A DNA stretch of 36,582 nt, from the NCBI GenBank assembly GCA_046757665.1, contig JBHHYO010000019.1:1-36582 (forward strand), read 5' to 3'. The translations under genes and the position numbers were made by a program. The stretch comes from Nitrospinales bacterium. Lineage in GTDB: Bacteria > Nitrospinota > Nitrospinia > Nitrospinales > JAJDAT01. Shown here piece by piece: positions 33,571 through 36,582 of the stretch (position 1 is the first letter of the stretch; each line of letters starts with the position of its first letter). The notes under the pieces were generated by a model. That model had not been told where the DNA came from. It made no database searches and was given only the letters and a program-made list of their open reading frames with translations.

Positions 33571-34911
33571 ATGGAAATTTCGCGGACCGAACCGGAAGTC
33601 AAAACCGACACCATGGATTTCAGGGCATATTCCATTTCCTGGAACCTTACGAAAAGGTGCAACCTTAATTGCGCTCACTGTTACCTGGATGCCGATTTCC
33701 GGGGCGGGCTCCGCACCGACGAGTTGAATACGCAAGAGTGTTTTCGAGTCATCGACCAGATCGCCGAAGTCAATCCCAACGCATTCTTGATACTGACCGG
33801 TGGAGAACCCCTGTTGCGTCCGGACATATACGAAATAATCCGCTACGCCGCGGACAAGAAATTCATGGTCGTTCTGGGAACCAACGGCACCATGATCAAC
33901 GACGTCATCGCCAAGAAGATCAAGGCGGCGGGGACGCACGGGGTCGGCATCAGCATCGACTCCATGGACCCGGCCAAGCACGACACGTTTCGCGGCGTGG
34001 ACAAGGCTTGGAAAAATTCCATGAAGGCTTTCGACATTCTAAATGAGACGGGCGTCGATTTCTTACTGCAAATGTCTGTATCCGACATGAATTACACGGA
34101 AATCCCGGAAGTCGTCGCTTTCGCGGAAAAAGTGGGCGCCATCGCTTTCAATTTATACTTTCTCGTTTGCACCGGGCGGGGCCAGGGCAATACCGACATT
34201 TCCAACGAAGCCTATGAACAAGCGTTGAAAACCCTTTACCGCCTGCAAATGGAGTATAAAGGCCGGTTGATGATCAATTCCAAATGCGCGCCGCAATACA
34301 AACGGGTGGTTTATGAAAACGATCCCGACTCGGTTTACACCCGCACCTATTCCGGAGGTTGTCCCGCGGGCACCCATTACAGCAGAATTTCACCCGAAGG
34401 CAATCTCACTCCCTGTCCGTTCATCGCGGAATCGGTGGGAAGCCTGAAGACTTCCACCTTCAAGGAGTTATGGACGGAAGCCCCTCTCATGCGCGAACTC
34501 CGTAACCGCAAGAATCTCGAAGGCAAATGCGGTACCTGCGAATTTTCGTCCATGTGCTCCGGTTGCCGCGCCAGGGCTTTTGCCGAAACCGGGAATTATA
34601 TGGCCGAAGACCCCTCCTGCGACTACGAACCCGGCAAATACGGCAACAAGGAAATCACCCTGAAAATTGAGGATACGCTGGGCTTGGAAGTGGAATTCAA
34701 AACCTCATGGACCCCCGAAGCCAAAAAAAGGCTGGAACGCATTCCCTCCTTTGCCCGCGGCATGGTCGTAAAAGGAATAGAGAACTTCGCCGAAAAGCAC
34801 GGATTTTCCGTAATCGACCAGGCGGTGGTCAAGCGGTCGCGCGAAGAAATGATCACCAAACGCGGCGCCATGTTCCCTTTCCTCAAAAAATTCATTAATC
34901 GTGAAGAATAA
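33571..34911 (+). CDS. Radical SAM/SPASM protein, AhbD/NirJ-like, with C-terminal PCP_red-like domain
   Basis: SWNLTKRCNLNCAHCY, LTGGEPLLRPD, LVCTGRG, CAPQYKR, GCPAG, PCPF, GKCGTCEF..CSGCRARA..DPSC, then WTPEAKKRLERIPSFARGMV. Confidence 0.88.
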   Translation: MEISRTEPEVKTDTMDFRAYSISWNLTKRCNLNCAHCYLDADFRGGLRTDELNTQECFRVIDQIAEVNPNAFLILTGGEPLLRPDIYEIIRYAADKKFMVVLGTNGTMINDVIAKKIKAAGTHGVGISIDSMDPAKHDTFRGVDKAWKNSMKAFDILNETGVDFLLQMSVSDMNYTEIPEVVAFAEKVGAIAFNLYFLVCTGRGQGNTDISNEAYEQALKTLYRLQMEYKGRLMINSKCAPQYKRVVYENDPDSVYTRTYSGGCPAGTHYSRISPEGNLTPCPFIAESVGSLKTSTFKELWTEAPLMRELRNRKNLEGKCGTCEFSSMCSGCRARAFAETGNYMAEDPSCDYEPGKYGNKEITLKIEDTLGLEVEFKTSWTPEAKKRLERIPSFARGMVVKGIENFAEKHGFSVIDQAVVKRSREEMITKRGAMFPFLKKFINREE

Positions 34912-35129
34912 TCACTCCTCGCCATCTACCCGTCAGCAGTGAGCATAACCTGCCTGATCTACCCATAAACCGCGGTTTCGTACCTCCCCCGGCAATCTTT
35001 AACCTCTTCATTACTTTAGAATACCGAAAGCGCTGTTCAACGCAACGGTACATTAATATTTAAAATTAGTTCACCCTATTTCAGACCGTCAATCTTGTCC
35101 AATATTTTCATAAAATCGAAAATCGCGTC

Positions 35130-35158
35130 TTGAAGAAAAACACTTCTTCTGATATGAT
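35130..35158 (+). promoter_or_regulatory. Sigma70-type promoter for the sensor kinase
   Basis: TTGAAG-N17-TATGAT with extended -10 TG. Confidence 0.45.
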
Positions 35159-35224
35159 GAAACGCTTTGAATATCCAATTCCTCCAGCCATACTGCGGGG
35201 GGAAAAATCGTATCCAAAAGGTTT

Positions 35225-36582
35225 ATGGAAGACAAAGCAAAACCCATAATTCCTTTTTTCTGGATATATCTGCTTGTCGGTATTCTGGGTAGCGCTGTAT
35301 CCGGCATGTTGATCTATAGTTATACTATAGGCGCCAGGATGAACACTCGATATACCTCTCAATTGATCGCCTCGAAAGACATAAGACTGAATATAACGAC
35401 CGCCCATCTCTGGTTCGAGGAAATCCTGAGCAATGACAAACATGAAAGCATGGAAAAAGTCTGGTCTTACTTGGACCAAGCCGAACAAGAAGTAAAAACG
35501 CTTTCGGCAGAAGAAAGCAAGACCGAAAGTTTTTTCCCCTTCAACAACCCGCAAATACGCCAAAAAACCCTGCGATTGCGGGAAAAACTCCTGGATTTCA
35601 AAATAGTTGCCCGGAAAAGATTTTCCGAACAAGAAATATCGCGGTCCGGCTCGGACATCGACCAGCATCATGACGCCATATTCATGGATTTCACCCGACA
35701 GGCCAAGGACATTGAAACCGAAATCCAGAAAACCCTGGAGAAAGCTTTAATCCGCTTTAAGTTTATACACACACTATTGATCGCAAGCTGTATCTTGCTG
35801 TTCACGCTTGGCTGGCTTGTCATCCGCCGTTTTCAGCTCCTGCAGATGAAGCATTTTCAAATGCTCCAGGAAAACAATGAGCTGTTGCGAAAAGAGGTTG
35901 TCGAACGCAAAAAAGCGGAGGATGAAACAAAAGTTTCGCGCAAGAAATTGCGGGACCTCAACACCCGTCTTCAATACATACGAGAAGAAGAAAAAGCCAT
36001 TCTCGCCCGCGAGATGCACGACGAGCTGGGCCACTCCCTCAGCGTCATCAATCTGGACCTGGTTTGGATAAAAAACCGGCTTCCCGATAATGCCGAACTC
36101 GTCAAAAACAAAATTGATTCGATGTTCCAGTTCATCGAATCCATTGTTCAAACCATCCAAAAGATCGTTACCGAACTGCGGCCGGAAATTCTGGATGCCT
36201 ACGGCCTTCTGGAAGCCTTGAAATGGCAAACGACGCAGTTCCAGCAACGAACCGGCATTCAATGCGAACTGTCGTGTCCGGACCACATCAACCTGGATCC
36301 GAGTCGTTCGACAATGTTTTTCCGTATCTACCAGGAATCCCTGACCAACATTGCGCGTCACGCAAATGCAAGCAAAGTACGGGCGCATTTCAAGATCAAC
36401 AAAAACGGTCTGGAATTATTGGTCAAGGATAACGGCGTTGGAATCGAGAAAGAACAGATTCTTGGGGAAAAATCCTTAGGACTTATGGGAATGCGCGAAC
36501 GCGCCCTGACCTGGGGAGGTAAAGTCACGTTTCGCGGCGAAAAGGGCAAGGGAACCACCATATCCGTTAATATTCCCACAAC
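35225..36582 (+). CDS. Membrane sensor histidine kinase, HisKA_3 (NarX/UhpB-type); runs off the window end
   Basis: Translated by hand; absent from the ORF track because there is no stop in the window. MEDKAKPII, TM, periplasmic AHLWFEEIL, TM, H-box EEEKAILAREMHDELGHSL, ELRPEILD, FRIYQESLTNIARHA, DNGVG, GLMGMRERA, GKGTTI. Confidence 0.93.
   Translation, partial: MEDKAKPIIPFFWIYLLVGILGSAVSGMLIYSYTIGARMNTRYTSQLIASKDIRLNITTAHLWFEEILSNDKHESMEKVWSYLDQAEQEVKTLSAEESKTESFFPFNNPQIRQKTLRLREKLLDFKIVARKRFSEQEISRSGSDIDQHHDAIFMDFTRQAKDIETEIQKTLEKALIRFKFIHTLLIASCILLFTLGWLVIRRFQLLQMKHFQMLQENNELLRKEVVERKKAEDETKVSRKKLRDLNTRLQYIREEEKAILAREMHDELGHSLSVINLDLVWIKNRLPDNAELVKNKIDSMFQFIESIVQTIQKIVTELRPEILDAYGLLEALKWQTTQFQQRTGIQCELSCPDHINLDPSRSTMFFRIYQESLTNIARHANASKVRAHFKINKNGLELLVKDNGVGIEKEQILGEKSLGLMGMRERALTWGGKVTFRGEKGKGTTISVNIPT

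Noticed and set aside
35108-36388. Minus-strand ORFs 35108..35671 and 35774..36388
   Set aside because: Shadows of the plus-strand histidine kinase.

Overview
Bacterial chromosomal window, mostly GC-rich with AT-richer inserts. The gene content is compatible with a Nitrospinota- or deltaproteobacteria-like Gram-negative, but this is inference only. Housekeeping genes: aldo/keto reductase, RlmM-like methyltransferase, mutL, Maf-like protein, rnd, tsaB, YdcH, FxsA, an AhbD/NirJ-like radical SAM enzyme and a 3'-truncated HisKA_3 sensor kinase. Four accessory modules are interspersed. (1) An AT-rich RloA/RloB (AbiL-like) ATPase-TOPRIM pair. (2) A candidate undescribed envelope-signalling locus: a membrane-bound CHASE2-sigma54 activator, an LPP20/Ig/FlgO/DUF4384 lipoprotein, a second LPP20 lipoprotein, a PDZ-less trypsin and a secreted 7-blade WD40 protein, arranged around back-to-back sigma54-type promoters that flank a repeated CCATGCAT palindrome. 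(3) A toxin-antitoxin islet: a 304-aa protein ending in a VapB-like tail coupled to VapC, a palindromic repeat element, an unannotated higB remnant and an orphan higA. (4) A giant MnxG-like multicopper oxidase split by a single extra base at about 27061, followed by its beta-propeller partner. No rRNA, tRNA, CRISPR array or transposase was recognised. All family calls come from motif recognition by eye; no searches were run.
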